A stretch of DNA of 64,000 bases from Alphaproteobacteria bacterium (GTDB lineage: Bacteria > Pseudomonadota > Alphaproteobacteria > MPNO01 > UBA830): positions 704,001 through 768,000 of the forward strand of contig OZ219791.1 in the NCBI GenBank assembly GCA_964291215.2, in the 5' to 3' direction. The number at the start of each line of letters is the position of its first letter. The stretch's first letter is position 1. The notes beneath the pieces are model-generated. The model had not been told where the DNA came from. It was given only the letters and a program-made list of their open reading frames with translations, and did not search any database. Of this stretch, positions 1 through 12,210 are shown piece by piece. A program made the translations under genes and the position numbers.

Positions 1-288
1 CGGCAGGTCGTTGATGCTGCCAAGGAGCATGGTAACGGTAAGGACATTAGCGGGCAGCTTTCGTCGATCGCCGACGAGCTCGGCCATCTGCTGGAGAAGG
101 CGGAGTCCCGACTCGACGAGATGAGCGAGGCCGGCATCGACGAGCGCACGCGGTTCATTTCCGAACTTGCCGGCACGCTGCTGTGCAGCAGCATGGCGCA
201 GCGCGGGAGCGCGGTTACGGAATCCCAACTTGAGCAGTCCGTCGACATGGCGTCGGAGATTGTGAAGCGGGTCAAGGCGCGCATGTGA
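1..288 (+). CDS. hypothetical protein, 5'-truncated by the window edge
   Basis: Frame 1 is open from base 1 to TGA at 286-288 with host-like codon usage; no recognisable motif. Confidence 0.5.
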   Translation, partial: RQVVDAAKEHGNGKDISGQLSSIADELGHLLEKAESRLDEMSEAGIDERTRFISELAGTLLCSSMAQRGSAVTESQLEQSVDMASEIVKRVKARM

Positions 289-320
289 GCGCACCCCGCG
301 GGGTGGGGCTGCGGCCGGAT

Positions 321-1355
321 TCAGTTGCCCAGTTCGCGGTTGACCAGCGCCGCGCCGGCGGTCAGCGCGTGCAGCTTGCCGTGCGCTGAGCCCCGGCTCC
401 GTGGCACCATGCCGCAGTCCGTGCAGGCGATCAGATGCTCGGCTGGCACATGGTTGAGGGTGCGGCGGATGCGTTCCGCGACGACGGTGGCCGGCTCGAC
501 CTCCTCGTTGCCCACGTCGATCACGCCAACGAGGACATCCTTGCCCTCGAGGGCGCCGAGTATGCTGGGATCGACACCTGAGGCAGCGCATTCCACCGAG
601 ACCTGATCGATCGTGCTTCCGGCAATGAGCGGCAGCGTCGCGTCGTAGTGGCTCCAATCGCGATTGGCGTTCTTCCAGTTGAGGACGGTTTCCGTCCCGT
701 ACCCGTAGCAGATATGCACCGCGCGCTTTGCGGCGACGCCGGCGAAGGCGCGTTCGAGAACTTCCAGACCCCAGTCCTTCACCGCCTCGGTGTAGATGTT
801 GAAGCACGGTTCGTCGATCTGGACGACATCTGCGCCGGCTTCGGCCAAGGCCCGCGCCTCGAGATTGAGAATGGCGGCGTAGTCGGCCGCGAAGTCCACA
901 TCGGAACGGCCGCCGGCGGTGTCGAAGATGCTGTCGGCGACGGTCATCGGACCGGGCAGCGTCACTTTGATCGGCCGGTCGGTGCGGGCGCGCGCAAAGC
1001 GCAGCGCCTCGAGCAGCACCGGCCCGTCCCACTGCAGGTCCGAGAGCAGGCGCGGTGCGGCCGTCTCGGTCGAATAGCGCTGGCCACGGCTTCTCTTGCT
1101 GCCCTGGTTGTCGAAATCGATCTGCCCGAGATGCTCGACAAACCCCCATATGTAATGCCGCCGCCGCTGTTCGCCGTCGGTCACGATATCGATGCCGGCC
1201 TCCTCCTGGGCGGCGAGCCACAGGCTCACGGCATCATCCTGGCCGACGGCCAAGGCATCGCCCTCAAGGTGCCAGGGTGCGCGCAGGAGCAGAGGTTCGG
1301 CCAGCCATTCCGGCTTCGGCAGGCTTCCGGCGATCGTGGTGCGGATCAATGACAT
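321..1355 (-). CDS. cobalamin-independent methionine synthase, single-barrel (MetE C-terminal-like) family
   Basis: Starts MSLIRTTIAGSLPKP; has DIVTDGEQRR, QIDEP, Zn ligands HICYG and DCG. Start taken at the internal Met (1355) of ORF 321..1502. Confidence 0.85.
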   Translation of the reverse strand: MSLIRTTIAGSLPKPEWLAEPLLLRAPWHLEGDALAVGQDDAVSLWLAAQEEAGIDIVTDGEQRRRHYIWGFVEHLGQIDFDNQGSKRSRGQRYSTETAAPRLLSDLQWDGPVLLEALRFARARTDRPIKVTLPGPMTVADSIFDTAGGRSDVDFAADYAAILNLEARALAEAGADVVQIDEPCFNIYTEAVKDWGLEVLERAFAGVAAKRAVHICYGYGTETVLNWKNANRDWSHYDATLPLIAGSTIDQVSVECAASGVDPSILGALEGKDVLVGVIDVGNEEVEPATVVAERIRRTLNHVPAEHLIACTDCGMVPRSRGSAHGKLHALTAGAALVNRELGN

Positions 1356-1387
1356 GGGCCGGTCCCCGGCGTCCCGGCTGCGGTCCG

Positions 1388-2248
1388 TCACAGCCCCATC
1401 ATGGCGCTGACCTTGGCGCCGAGCAGGCTCTCCGGATCGTCGAGGTCGAAAACGATGTCGAAGTGATTCCGGCCCGGATGCTCGAAGATGTCCACAGTCC
1501 AACCCCTATCCTTCCAGGCATCGGCCAGAATGCGGCTTTGGCGCTTGAATTCCGACGTTTCCGAGGTGCCGTAGGAAATCACCAGCGGGCAGCCGGTCTC
1601 GGGAAGATGGTGGATCGGGCTGTTACGCCGCGCCGACGCCTCGTCGAGTTGCGCCCATTCATTGACGTTGGAAAGCCGCACCGGCTCGAGATCATGCAGG
1701 CCGTTCAGGGGCACCGCGCCCTTGATGGCGTCGGGAGGGAGCCCCGCCTGTTCGCGCCATCCGCCGGCAACCATCATGCCGGTGAGGTGGCCGCCTGCCG
1801 ACGAGCCGCATACGAAGAGGCGGTTGGGGTCGCCGCCGAATTCCGATGCGTGCGACCATGTCCATGCCACGGCGGCGCGGCACTGGCGGACGATCTCGTC
1901 GAGCGAGGCGCCCGGGGCGAGGGAATAGTTGACGGTGACCACCGCGGCGCCCGCGTTGACAAGCCCCGGGGCCATGAAGGCGGACTCCTTCTGGCTGAGC
2001 ATGCGCCAGTAGCCGCCGTGGATATAGACCAGAACCGGCGCCCCGTCGCCGGCTGGGAAGATGTCGACGACCTCGTCGGGATGCTCGCCATAGGCGATGT
2101 CGGTGCGACATTCAAGCCTATCGCGGGCCTCGGCGCTGCGCCGCGCGTATTCGGCGATGTATGGATCCAGATTCGGCACCGTGTCGCGTGCGCTGTATTC
2201 CCGGTTGAGGGTTTTCTGGTCGAAGCCGAGATAGACAGTGTCGGTCAT
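1388..2248 (-). CDS. alpha/beta hydrolase, arylformamidase (kynurenine formamidase)-like
   Basis: HGGYW oxyanion motif, GSSAG nucleophile elbow, C-terminal NHF. Confidence 0.85.
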   Translation of the reverse strand: MTDTVYLGFDQKTLNREYSARDTVPNLDPYIAEYARRSAEARDRLECRTDIAYGEHPDEVVDIFPAGDGAPVLVYIHGGYWRMLSQKESAFMAPGLVNAGAAVVTVNYSLAPGASLDEIVRQCRAAVAWTWSHASEFGGDPNRLFVCGSSAGGHLTGMMVAGGWREQAGLPPDAIKGAVPLNGLHDLEPVRLSNVNEWAQLDEASARRNSPIHHLPETGCPLVISYGTSETSEFKRQSRILADAWKDRGWTVDIFEHPGRNHFDIVFDLDDPESLLGAKVSAMMGL

Positions 2249-2267
2249 GGCGATGTCTCCGCGCGTC

Positions 2268-3077
2268 TCAGAGGCTTGATGTTGGATCGAAATCCGGCCG
2301 CCGCTTCTCGCGGAGACTGGCCAGCCCTTCGCGGGCCTCGGGGCCGGTGAAGCCCAGGAATTCGAGCGCCAGCGAGGTGTCGAAATTCGGCCCCATCATG
2401 CGCAGCCAGTTGTTGAGCGCATACTTGGTGAAGCGGATGGCGGACGGGGCGCCGCGGGCGAGTTTTTCGGCAACGCGGACGGCGGTGTCCTGGAGCGCGT
2501 CGTCGTTCACGCACATCGATACGAGGCCGATCCGCTCAGCCTCCTCTCCCGAGACGGGTTCGCACAGGAGAAGGTAGTATTTCGCTTTAGCCATGCCGCA
2601 GAGCAGCGGCCAGATGATGGCGGCGTGATCGCCTGCCGCAACGCCGAGGCGGGTGTGTCCGTCGATGATGCGCGCGGTCTTGGCGGCGATCGAGATGTCG
2701 GCCAGGAGCCCGGCCACGAGGCCAGCGCCGACCGCGGGTCCCTGCATGGCGCTGACGATCGGCTTCGAGCAGTTGACGACATTGTAGACGATGTCGCGGG
2801 CTTCCTTCCAGCCGTTTACCCGCGCCTCGAAGTCGTTGATCAGGCTGTCGATCATGTCGAAGTCGCCGCCGGCCGAGAACGCGTCGCCGGCACCGGTAAG
2901 GATGGCAACCGAGGTGTCGGGATCGGCCTCGACATCCTTCCACACCTCGACCAGTTCGCGGTGCATGACGGCGTCCGCAGCGTTGAGCCGGCCCGGCGTA
3001 TCCATCGTGATGCGGACGATCCGTTCGGCGGGCCGATCGAACTTCAGGCGCTGATAACCCGAATAGCACTCTGTCAT
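2268..3077 (-). CDS. enoyl-CoA hydratase/isomerase family protein
   Basis: FSAGGD, GPAVGAG and EEAERIGLV crotonase motifs. Confidence 0.9.
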   Translation of the reverse strand: MTECYSGYQRLKFDRPAERIVRITMDTPGRLNAADAVMHRELVEVWKDVEADPDTSVAILTGAGDAFSAGGDFDMIDSLINDFEARVNGWKEARDIVYNVVNCSKPIVSAMQGPAVGAGLVAGLLADISIAAKTARIIDGHTRLGVAAGDHAAIIWPLLCGMAKAKYYLLLCEPVSGEEAERIGLVSMCVNDDALQDTAVRVAEKLARGAPSAIRFTKYALNNWLRMMGPNFDTSLALEFLGFTGPEAREGLASLREKRRPDFDPTSSL

Positions 3078-3269
3078 TTTCTTCCTCGTTGCTAGTGGTC
3101 CAAGGAGCTGGCGTCCGTGTCTCTGGCGCCGCCGTCAGCGGGCTGGGCGTGAAGGTCTGCGGGAACGCGGCCGACGCTGCCGGCCCGAAGGATTGCGGCA
3201 TTGTACCGCGTGCCCCTGTCCCGGTCATCACGGTCGGGGACGGTTTCGGGTCAGCCCGTCCCGCCCGGT

Positions 3270-4105
3270 CCCGCCGTTCCGGCGGCCGCTCGCCCTCCAG
3301 ACCGACACGGCGAAGGAGCCGGCGCTCGCCGGCGGCGAAATCGGTGCGTGCATGCTGCGTGCACCAGTTGTCCCATATCACGAGGTCGCCAATCTGCCAG
3401 ACATGTTCGTAGAGATGTTCGGGACGCTCGACATGGGCGAAGCAAAGTTCGAGCACCGCCCGCCCGTCATCCGCGTTGAAACCGACAAGCTCCTCGGTCA
3501 TCAGGCGGTTGAAGTGGAGCACCTCGCGCCCCGTCTCCGGGTGTATGCAAACGGCGGGATGCGCCGGGTGCGGCACGCGGCTGCGGTCGAAGGTCGACGG
3601 TTTTATCTGGGTCGAATAGTCGTAGGCATACACCGCGTCCAAGGCCCAGATCCGCGCCCTGACGGCGCCGGGTAGCGAGGCCCAAGTATGTACATATTGG
3701 CGAACAGCGTGTTGCCGCCTTCCCGCGGAATCCCCTCGGCATAGAGCAGCGCGCCCTTGATCGGCATTTCGAGAAACACGGAATCGGAATGGAACATCAG
3801 TTCGCCATCGGGCAGGACCCCGACGAGTTTCCCCGTTCTCGTGGACATTGCTCACGAGCATCACACGGTTGTCGCCGCCGTCCTTTCTCTCCGTGGAGCG
3901 CGAGCCGACCGGCGTGTCGAAATGCTGCGCGAACGCCACCTGCCCGCTTCCTCAGGCGCTGGTTCCGGAACACCAGGACAAGATGCTCAAGCCGGGCGGA
4001 ACGGAGCGCTGCGACCGTTCCGTGGTCGAGCGGCCGCGCGAGGTCGAGGCCCCGGATCTCGGCGCCGAGCGTCGGCGACAGCCTGTGAAGCCCGAATCCA
4101 CCCAT
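3270..4105 (-). pseudogene. TauD/TfdA dioxygenase, frameshifted
   Basis: Family segments lie in three frames: LGAEIRGLDL..HLVLVFRNQ (3797..4105), FHSDS..GGNTLFANMY (3603..3848), HPAVCIHPETGR..WDNWCTQHAR (2587..3939). 3' end approximate. Confidence 0.8.
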
Positions 4106-4211
4106 AGCCGGAACCTACATTATTTCCGGTGCGTGCGCCCGTCCCGGCGCGTAGCATGAATCGACCGCGTCAGGCCGTCTCGGGCGCAAAGGGCGATTCC
4201 CCCGAAGGTCG

Positions 4212-4894
4212 CTAGCGATCCCGCGCTTCACACTGCTCCGATTCCATGAAGGCGTGCAGTCCCGTCGCCTCATTTTCATCGAACCGTTCACCTGTTGCGG
4301 TGAGGTTCACCATGCGGTCAAACCGGAACGTGCGGAAATCCTGCTGCAGCTCGCACCAGGCGGAGAGAATCCAGCCGTCGGTCAAATTCCAAATCATGAG
4401 AGGGCGTACGCGGCGCTCGGTTGGTTGCCATCGCTGTCCCGATAGTTGAACTGGGCGATCTGCCGTTGGCGGATCGCCCGGCGGAGCAAAGCCAGATTCG
4501 GTGTTGCGTTTCCCCCTTGAAGGTTGAAGTACGGCACATCGGCAAGCTTGTGTTCCTCCGGTTGAGGCATGCCTGCCTGGATTTCCGCACGCATTTCGCG
4601 CGCCGCAGTCGCCAGCACCGGATCGCCAGCGCTTTCCACGAAGGAAAGATCTACGGCAAGCGCATCGACCTGGTCATGGGTGAACGTCACGTTGGGCAGG
4701 TCAAAGCCCGGTCGCAGCAGGCAACCAACGCCCGCCTCGCCCTCGGTCGGCAGGCCGGAGGTCTGGAGGTAGCCGATGGCGCGATAGATTGTGCTGATTC
4801 TGACCTCAAAATGCTCGGCAAGTTCGTGGGCTCGACTGATGCCGCGGGCCCGCATCTTGTTGATCGGTCTGAACAGTCTTTCTGCGCGCCTCAT
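4212..4894 (-). pseudogene. YafY-like HTH-WYL transcriptional regulator, frameshifted
   Basis: MRRAERLF..STIYRAI HTH and GEAGVG in one ORF; the WYL end (LSAWCELQQDFRTFRFDRM) is in another frame (4212..4397). Confidence 0.8.
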
Positions 4895-5088
4895 CGGCTT
4901 CACGCACGGCCCGGATTTCGAAGGAGTTGAGGCGTGACCATTCCCGTTTCATGCCTGTGTCACGAGTTCAGCGAGTCTCGATGGTTCTGATGCCCGGAGC
5001 CGCTCCGGATGGTCTGCGATTCTGGCTGGCATTCAAGAAAAGAACCTGGCAGCCTGCGGGAACGCTTCAGGACTTTCCGGTTTTGCGT

Positions 5089-5484
5089 TCAGCCGGCGAC
5101 CGTAGCCTCGATCTTGAACATCAGCGGAGGTAAAGCGAGCCGGTTGACACCGAGAAGGGGCATTGGAGGAGCGGCGTCAACAGGCCTGAAATGTGATCGG
5201 AGAACATCGAAGTGCTGCATGGCCTCGTCCACATCAGTGGTGTAGATTCTGAGTCGGACAATGTCGGCAAGGCCCATGTCGGCAGCGTTCAGAACGGCTT
5301 CCAGATTGTCGAGGACAGGAGCGGTCTGACCGCGCATGTCGCCTGTGTGCTGCGGGTTGCCGTCGGCGTCGACGGAGGTTTGGCCTGCGCAGACCAAGTG
5401 CCGGCTTGCTCCGGCGAGCACTTCGGCCTGCTTGTAGCCCAAATTCAGCGATCACGGCCAAGGGTTGACTGCTGTTCTCTTCAT
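5089..5484 (-). pseudogene. RidA/YjgF family protein with an early nonsense codon
   Basis: ATG at 5484 reads MKRTAVNPWP*SLNLGYKQAEV; in-frame TGA at 5452-5454; downstream CAGQTSVD and FKIEATVA are RidA-like. Confidence 0.8.
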
Positions 5485-5885
5485 GGGTTGTGCGTCCTCA
5501 TTGACGTTTCGGAGAGCGGTCCTTATCACAGGCCTCCTGTCACCGTGGTGACGGGGGTCATCACGGTGCTATCGGTGCTGCCTCGGCTTTCCGGCGTGGG
5601 GGCGCCGCCCTGCGCTTCGGCAGGACTTCCCCACGCCGCATTCGATCTTGCCGACAGCTGATGGAGGGAGGTTGCACAGCCTGCCGGGTTTTCTGGCCGT
5701 GGGGCGGTCCACGGATCAGCGCAGCCGGAAAACCTGGCAAGAATGCGGAAATTTGTGCCCCGTTCAGCGATCTTTCAAAACATCAACCACAGCGCGGGAA
5801 AGTCCTGGCGCTTCGGAAGCCGGTCTTGCCGTCGGCCCCGCGTTGCGCAAGAATGCTGGTCTTTCTGGATGAAGAAGGTTCCCTG

Positions 5886-7091
<1,206 letters not shown>

Positions 7092-7185
7092 GGCCGCACC
7101 GGTCCTTGGGTCCCGCCATCCGTCGCGTAGCGGCGGACCGGTTCGTGGCGTGCCGGCCGCAGCCGCCCGGCACGGGAGGCGGGCC

Positions 7186-8061
7186 ATGTCTCCTATGACC
7201 GTCCTTCCGCGCTCCCTCAGCGAAACGATCGGCCGGCGTTTGCTGGCCGAAGATCAGGTCACGGCCGCGCCTGTGGCGGCATTCATGGCGACCTTCGGGC
7301 GCGATGATCCGCCTCCCGTCCCCGGCTCGCCGGTGCCGCCGCTGTGGCACGGGCTGTTCTGTGTTGTCAGGCATCTGCCCTCGCGCCTCGGTCGCGACGG
7401 TCTTGCCGTCGGAACCGGGCTGCCGCCCGAGACGCCGGAGTTCCCCGACCGCCTGTTCGGCGGCGCACGCTACCGTTTCCACCGCCCGCTGCGGGTGGGC
7501 GAGCAGATGAAGCGGGAATCGGAAATGGTGTCGTTCGAGATCAAGGAGGGCCGCAGCGGCACCTTCGTGATCGCGATCGTGCGCCATTCCATCCACGGCG
7601 ACGGCGCGCTTGCGGTGACGGAGGAGAACGATATCCTTCTGCGCCCTGCAGGTGCCGCATCGTGGCGGTCTCCGGCAGGCGGGTCGGGCTTCGCCCGGCC
7701 GCTGGCCGATGCCGCATGGTCGCGCACCGTCACGCCGGATCCGGTCCTGCTGTTTCGGCATTCCGCGGCGATGTTCAACAGCCACCGCATCCACTATGAC
7801 CGCGACTTTGCGCGGTCGCGCGGCTATCCGGGCCTCGTCGTGCAAGGGACGCTGATCGCGCGCCTGATGCTGGAGATGATCCGCGATGAGCGGCCCGATT
7901 TCGAGGTCGCCGGGTTCTCGTTCCGCTCGGGCCGGCCGATCCATGATGACGGGGACTTCACGCTCTGCGGCACGCCGTCGGCGGACGGCACGCGCATTTC
8001 GCTGGCTGCCCTCGATCACGCTGGCAACCGCGGTATGACCGCGGAGGCCACGGGGGGCTGA
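7186..8061 (+). CDS. double hot-dog acyl-CoA hydratase (MaoC / mesaconyl-C4-CoA hydratase-like)
   Basis: PPLWHGLF, RLFGG, KEGRSG, FNSHRIHYD and GYPGLVVQG. Confidence 0.8.
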   Translation: MSPMTVLPRSLSETIGRRLLAEDQVTAAPVAAFMATFGRDDPPPVPGSPVPPLWHGLFCVVRHLPSRLGRDGLAVGTGLPPETPEFPDRLFGGARYRFHRPLRVGEQMKRESEMVSFEIKEGRSGTFVIAIVRHSIHGDGALAVTEENDILLRPAGAASWRSPAGGSGFARPLADAAWSRTVTPDPVLLFRHSAAMFNSHRIHYDRDFARSRGYPGLVVQGTLIARLMLEMIRDERPDFEVAGFSFRSGRPIHDDGDFTLCGTPSADGTRISLAALDHAGNRGMTAEATGG

Positions 8062-8120
8062 CTAGGATTTTCCCACGCTGTGGGTGATGCCCTGAATGAC
8101 CACTGAACGGGGCACAAATT

Positions 8121-9338
8121 TCAGATGTCCTGACCTCGTGAGTTGACTTGATCAGTCCGGCCTCTTTTTTTCAACACAATCAACGACTTTTACGGCTTTT
8201 TTCTTGACAACATAGCCGCACGATCGCCCAATATAACATGGCGCCCATAATTGGACAGTCCCGGCCTGCCAGGGCCGGGCGCGCCGGACCTCGCCAAGGG
8301 AGAGGCAGCTGCGCTGACGCTGGTGTTCGGCCGCGAGGGCTGGAGCCCGGCGTTGTTCGCCCGCCTCGCCCGGCGCGGGATGGCGGTGACCACCTGGCAC
8401 AAGGGGTTCGGGGGCGATCCCTGGCTGGAGGGGAAGTTCCGCACGGCCGCTCCACGGTCCAGGTGGCGTCCGGACCGCCGAGGTGCGGCTCGCGGAGAAA
8501 CGGATCACGCTGCCCGGCGGGCCGGAGGTGCGCCAGATCCGGCGTCTTCTGGACAGCCGGCAGGTGCCGCTTGTCACCACCGACATGCACACGCCCATGG
8601 AGCGGGTGTGGGCGCGCTGTTCTCGCGCTGGTCCCAGGAGAGCTTCTTCAAGTACATGCGCGAGGAGATCGGCCTCGACGCCCGTGCACGGCCTTGTCGA
8701 GCAGGACCCTGCAGCGCGCGTCCCGGACTGGCGCCGCTGCGACCGCCGCATCCGGCAGCGGCGCCAGAAGCTCGGCACGCTGCGGAACCGCGTCGCCGAC
8801 CTGCTCAGGGGCGCCCCGTCCGACATCGCCGTCACGGCCGCCGGGACGTTGAAGGACGAGATCGTGACGCTCGGCGCCGAGCACGAGGCGCTCAAGGTCC
8901 GGCGTTCAGAAACCCCGAAGCATGTCACGGTGGCCGAGCTCGACGAGAGGCTCGACGCCCTGCCTTCCAGCGAGAAGCTGCTGCTCGACATCGTTCGCAT
9001 GACCGCCTGCCGCGCCGAGGCCCGGATGATGTCCGCCGTCGCCGCGGCGCAGGGCGCAAAGCAGCGTCCGCGACGCCCCCTCGCCGAACTGTTCCGCTCG
9101 GACGCCGACATCATCCCCGACCCGGAGAACGGCGTCCTGCGGGTGCGCATCCTCGGCACCGCCAGCAACGCGCGCGACGCCGACATCGCCGGACTGCTCG
9201 ACGGACTCAACTGGACGCGCACGATCTTCCCCGGAACCGGGCTTCGCATGATCCACGAACTGGCAGACAACGCACGCAAACCCGGCCCATAAGCATCGCC
9301 CTGATTGGAAAAATCGAACCCGAGGTCAGGACATCTGA
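8121..9338 (+). mobile_element. internally deleted IS (large DDE-type transposase remnant) with perfect terminal inverted repeats
   Basis: TCAGATGTCCTGACCTCG at 8121-8138 and its reverse complement at 9321-9338, each flanked by AATT; frameshifted transposase pieces (FSRWSQESFFKYMREE, LNWTRTIFPGTGLRMIHE). Confidence 0.8.
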
Positions 9339-9509
9339 AATTCCCGCCTTCTTGCCGGGTATCCTGGTCGCGACGCTCCGCGGACGGCTCTGCAGCCAGA
9401 AAATCCGGCAGGGTTGGGCTTGTGCGAGTTCCGTTCATCAGCAGGCGGCAAGATTGAACGCGGCGTGGGAAATGCCTTGGGTCTGACGGCGAGGGTCGCT
9501 GGAACGCGG

Positions 9510-9884
9510 TCAGGCAGCTTGGAAGCCTGGATTGAAGATGAGGCCGAGGGCGTTCCCCCACGGATCGGTCACGGTGGCGACCACGATGTCGCCGCCGACA
9601 TTGGTTTGCGGATCGCCCGGAGCCGCGCCAAGCGAGACGAGATGCGCGACGGCGCGCTCGACATCGTCGACGCCCCAGTAGGTGAGCACGTTCGCGGTCT
9701 TCGCTGTCGGTGGTGTCTCGTCGCGCATGAGGCCGAGCTCGTATCCGGCCACATTGAACCCGACATAGAACGAGTCGTCGAAATAGGGCTCCGCCCCGAA
9801 CGCTTCGCCATACCATTGGCGCGCCCGCTCGAGATCCGGAACCCTGTAGATCGTGGTCCTGAGACCGAGGAAGCCGACAGTCAT
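9510..9884 (-). CDS. VOC/glyoxalase family protein
   Basis: VPDLERARQWY, YWGVDDVE and VTDPWGNALGLI. Confidence 0.85.
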   Translation of the reverse strand: MTVGFLGLRTTIYRVPDLERARQWYGEAFGAEPYFDDSFYVGFNVAGYELGLMRDETPPTAKTANVLTYWGVDDVERAVAHLVSLGAAPGDPQTNVGGDIVVATVTDPWGNALGLIFNPGFQAA

Positions 9885-9966
9885 CCGTCCATGCTCCTGC
9901 TCTGCCGCCGGTATCGGCCATGCCGCGGCGGCTGTCCGGTGCGCAATGGTAGCACGGCGGCAGCGG

Positions 9967-10539
9967 TCACGATGCGGCGCGGTTGAGCCCGGGGCGCCAC
10001 AGTACGTCCGACCTGCCGCCGTCATTGGCGGCGCGCGCCATCACGAACAGGAGGTCGGACAGGCGGTTGAGGAAGCGAATGGCCTGCGGGTTGACGTTCT
10101 CTGCCTCGCCTAGGGTGCATGCCGCGCGCTCGGCACGGCGGCAGACTGTGCAGGCAAGATGAAGCGCGGCGGCCAGATCGCTCCCGCCACGCAGCACGAA
10201 GGAGGAGAGCGGCTCGAGCTCGCGGCCGACAGCGTCGATTTCCCGTTCCAAGCGCGCCACTTGGTCCGCATGGATGCGGAGATGGCCATCCCCCGGATCG
10301 GCGCCCGGGCGCGTGATGTCGGCACCGAGGTCAAAAAGATCGTTCTGGATCCGGGCAAGTATCGCGTCGGTCCCGGCCGAGTCGGAATGGCGCCTTGCAA
10401 TGCCGATCGCAGCGTTGGTCTCGTCGATGTCGCCTTGGGCCGAGATGCGCTGCGAAGCCTTGGAAATGCGGCTGCCGTCGCCGAGCGATGTCTGTCCGCC
10501 ATCGCCGCCGCCGGTGTAGATCCTGTCGAGTTTCACCAT
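9967..10539 (-). CDS. cob(I)yrinic acid a,c-diamide adenosyltransferase (PduO type)
   Basis: IYTGGGDGGQTSL, IQNDLFDLGA, CRRAER and LNRLSDLLF. Confidence 0.92.
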   Translation of the reverse strand: MVKLDRIYTGGGDGGQTSLGDGSRISKASQRISAQGDIDETNAAIGIARRHSDSAGTDAILARIQNDLFDLGADITRPGADPGDGHLRIHADQVARLEREIDAVGRELEPLSSFVLRGGSDLAAALHLACTVCRRAERAACTLGEAENVNPQAIRFLNRLSDLLFVMARAANDGGRSDVLWRPGLNRAAS

Positions 10540-10694
10540 GAGTCCGCCTTGCCGGTGGCCGGACGGCGTGGCCCCGCCCGTTGTCGCACCGGCATTGTGG
10601 CGGGGCCGCACGGGAGGCGCAACAGGTTCGCGCGCCCGGCCCCTGGCGGCCGTCCTTGCCGATTCGGCAAGATAAGTGTATCTGCACTGTTGCG

Positions 10695-11162
10695 ATGACG
10701 GAGCTTGATGCCCACTGCGCCTTTCACACCCGGGTTGCGTGGCATTGCACATGTTTCAACATGCGCCGCGCCGCGCGCGCGGTGACCCGGATCTATGACG
10801 AGGCGTTGGCGGAGAGCGGGCTGAAGGCGACCCAGTTCACGATGCTCGGCGCGGTTGCCATCCTCGGACCGGCTCCGCTCACGCATCTCGCCGAGCACAT
10901 GGCGCTCGACCGCACCACGTTGACGCGGAACCTCCGGATCCTGACCGACCGCGGCCTCGTCCGCATGACCGCAGGGGGTGACCGCCGCAAGCGGGTGGTC
11001 GCCATCACCGGGGCGGGAAGGGCGGCGCTGGCCGCGGCCACGCCTGCGTGGCGTCGGGCCCAGGATCAGGTTGCCGGCGGTCTCGGAGAGGAGCGTCTGC
11101 GTCGTCTTGTGGACGACCTGAACGAACTGGCAGCGGTTGCGTCCGTTACGGCAACGGAATAA
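10695..11162 (+). CDS. MarR family transcriptional regulator
   Basis: CTCFNMRRAARAVTRIYD, LDRTTLTRNL and DRRKRVVAIT. Confidence 0.9.
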   Translation: MTELDAHCAFHTRVAWHCTCFNMRRAARAVTRIYDEALAESGLKATQFTMLGAVAILGPAPLTHLAEHMALDRTTLTRNLRILTDRGLVRMTAGGDRRKRVVAITGAGRAALAAATPAWRRAQDQVAGGLGEERLRRLVDDLNELAAVASVTATE

Positions 11163-11273
11163 AGGTGTCTGACCGGCGCCGGAGGCGCTTCGGGTGCGGT
11201 TTGCCGCATGAAGGAGTGTCGGTCGGCCGCTATCCCGGCCCGCCGGCCCTCCTCGCGACAGGATGACGGGCTC

Positions 11274-12149
11274 TTGATTTACCAGATTATCTCCGTGGTC
11301 GCGCCGGTCTTCTGCTGCGCTGCCATCGGTTTTACTTGGGCGCGCCTCGGCCGCCCGTTCGACACCCGGATGGTGGGCTCCCTGGCCCTCAATCTGGGCA
11401 TGCCGTGCCTCGTGTTCTCGACCCTTACCGGCTTTGAGGTCAGCTTCGGAACCGTCGGCCGGATCGCGCTCGCCTACGGCATCGCGCTCGCCTGCTTCAT
11501 GATCGTCGGTCTTGGCTGCATCCTCCTCCTGCGACTGCCGGTTCATACCTTCCTCCCCGCTTTCGCGTCGGCGAATACCGGGAACATGGGGCTGCCTCTC
11601 TGCCTGTTCGCGTTCGGTCAGGAGGGACTTGCCCTCTCCATCGGCGTCTTCGTGCTCTCGTCGCTGTTCAGCTTCACGGTTGGCTGGAGCCTCTATGCCG
11701 GGCGCCTGACCCTCGACATCCTCTACAAGAATCCGCTGATCTATGCGGTCGCCATAGCGCTTCCGATGGCGTTGACCGGAACCCGTCCGCCGGCCTGGCT
11801 GGCCAATACCATGGAGCTTATCGGCGGGCTCGCGATACCCTTGATGCTGATCTCGCTCGGCGTTGCCATCGCCAGCATCCGCGCCCGCGGGGCTGTGCGG
11901 GTCATCGTCGTCTCCGTGGTCAAGCTCGGCGCCGGATTCCTCGTCGGCTACGGGCTGTCCCTCGTGCTTGGGCTCGAAGGGGTGGCGAGAGGCGTTCTGA
12001 TCATCGGCTGTTCTATGCCGGTTGCGGTCCACAATTTCATGTTCGCTCAGTATTTCGACCGCAAGCTCGACGACACTGCGGGGCTGATCCTGTTCTCGAC
12101 GATATTCTCGCTGGCGACTCTGCCGTTGCTGATGCTGGCGGTGCTGTGA
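11274..12149 (+). CDS. AEC (auxin efflux carrier) family transporter
   Basis: About 10 hydrophobic segments, NTGNMGLPL and MPVAV motifs; TTG start inferred. Confidence 0.85.
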   Translation: MIYQIISVVAPVFCCAAIGFTWARLGRPFDTRMVGSLALNLGMPCLVFSTLTGFEVSFGTVGRIALAYGIALACFMIVGLGCILLLRLPVHTFLPAFASANTGNMGLPLCLFAFGQEGLALSIGVFVLSSLFSFTVGWSLYAGRLTLDILYKNPLIYAVAIALPMALTGTRPPAWLANTMELIGGLAIPLMLISLGVAIASIRARGAVRVIVVSVVKLGAGFLVGYGLSLVLGLEGVARGVLIIGCSMPVAVHNFMFAQYFDRKLDDTAGLILFSTIFSLATLPLLMLAVL

Positions 12150-12210
12150 CCGGACTCCGGTTCCGGCGCACCGGACCGCTTCAGCGCACGCTTCCCGAGC
12201 GGCGAGGCCG

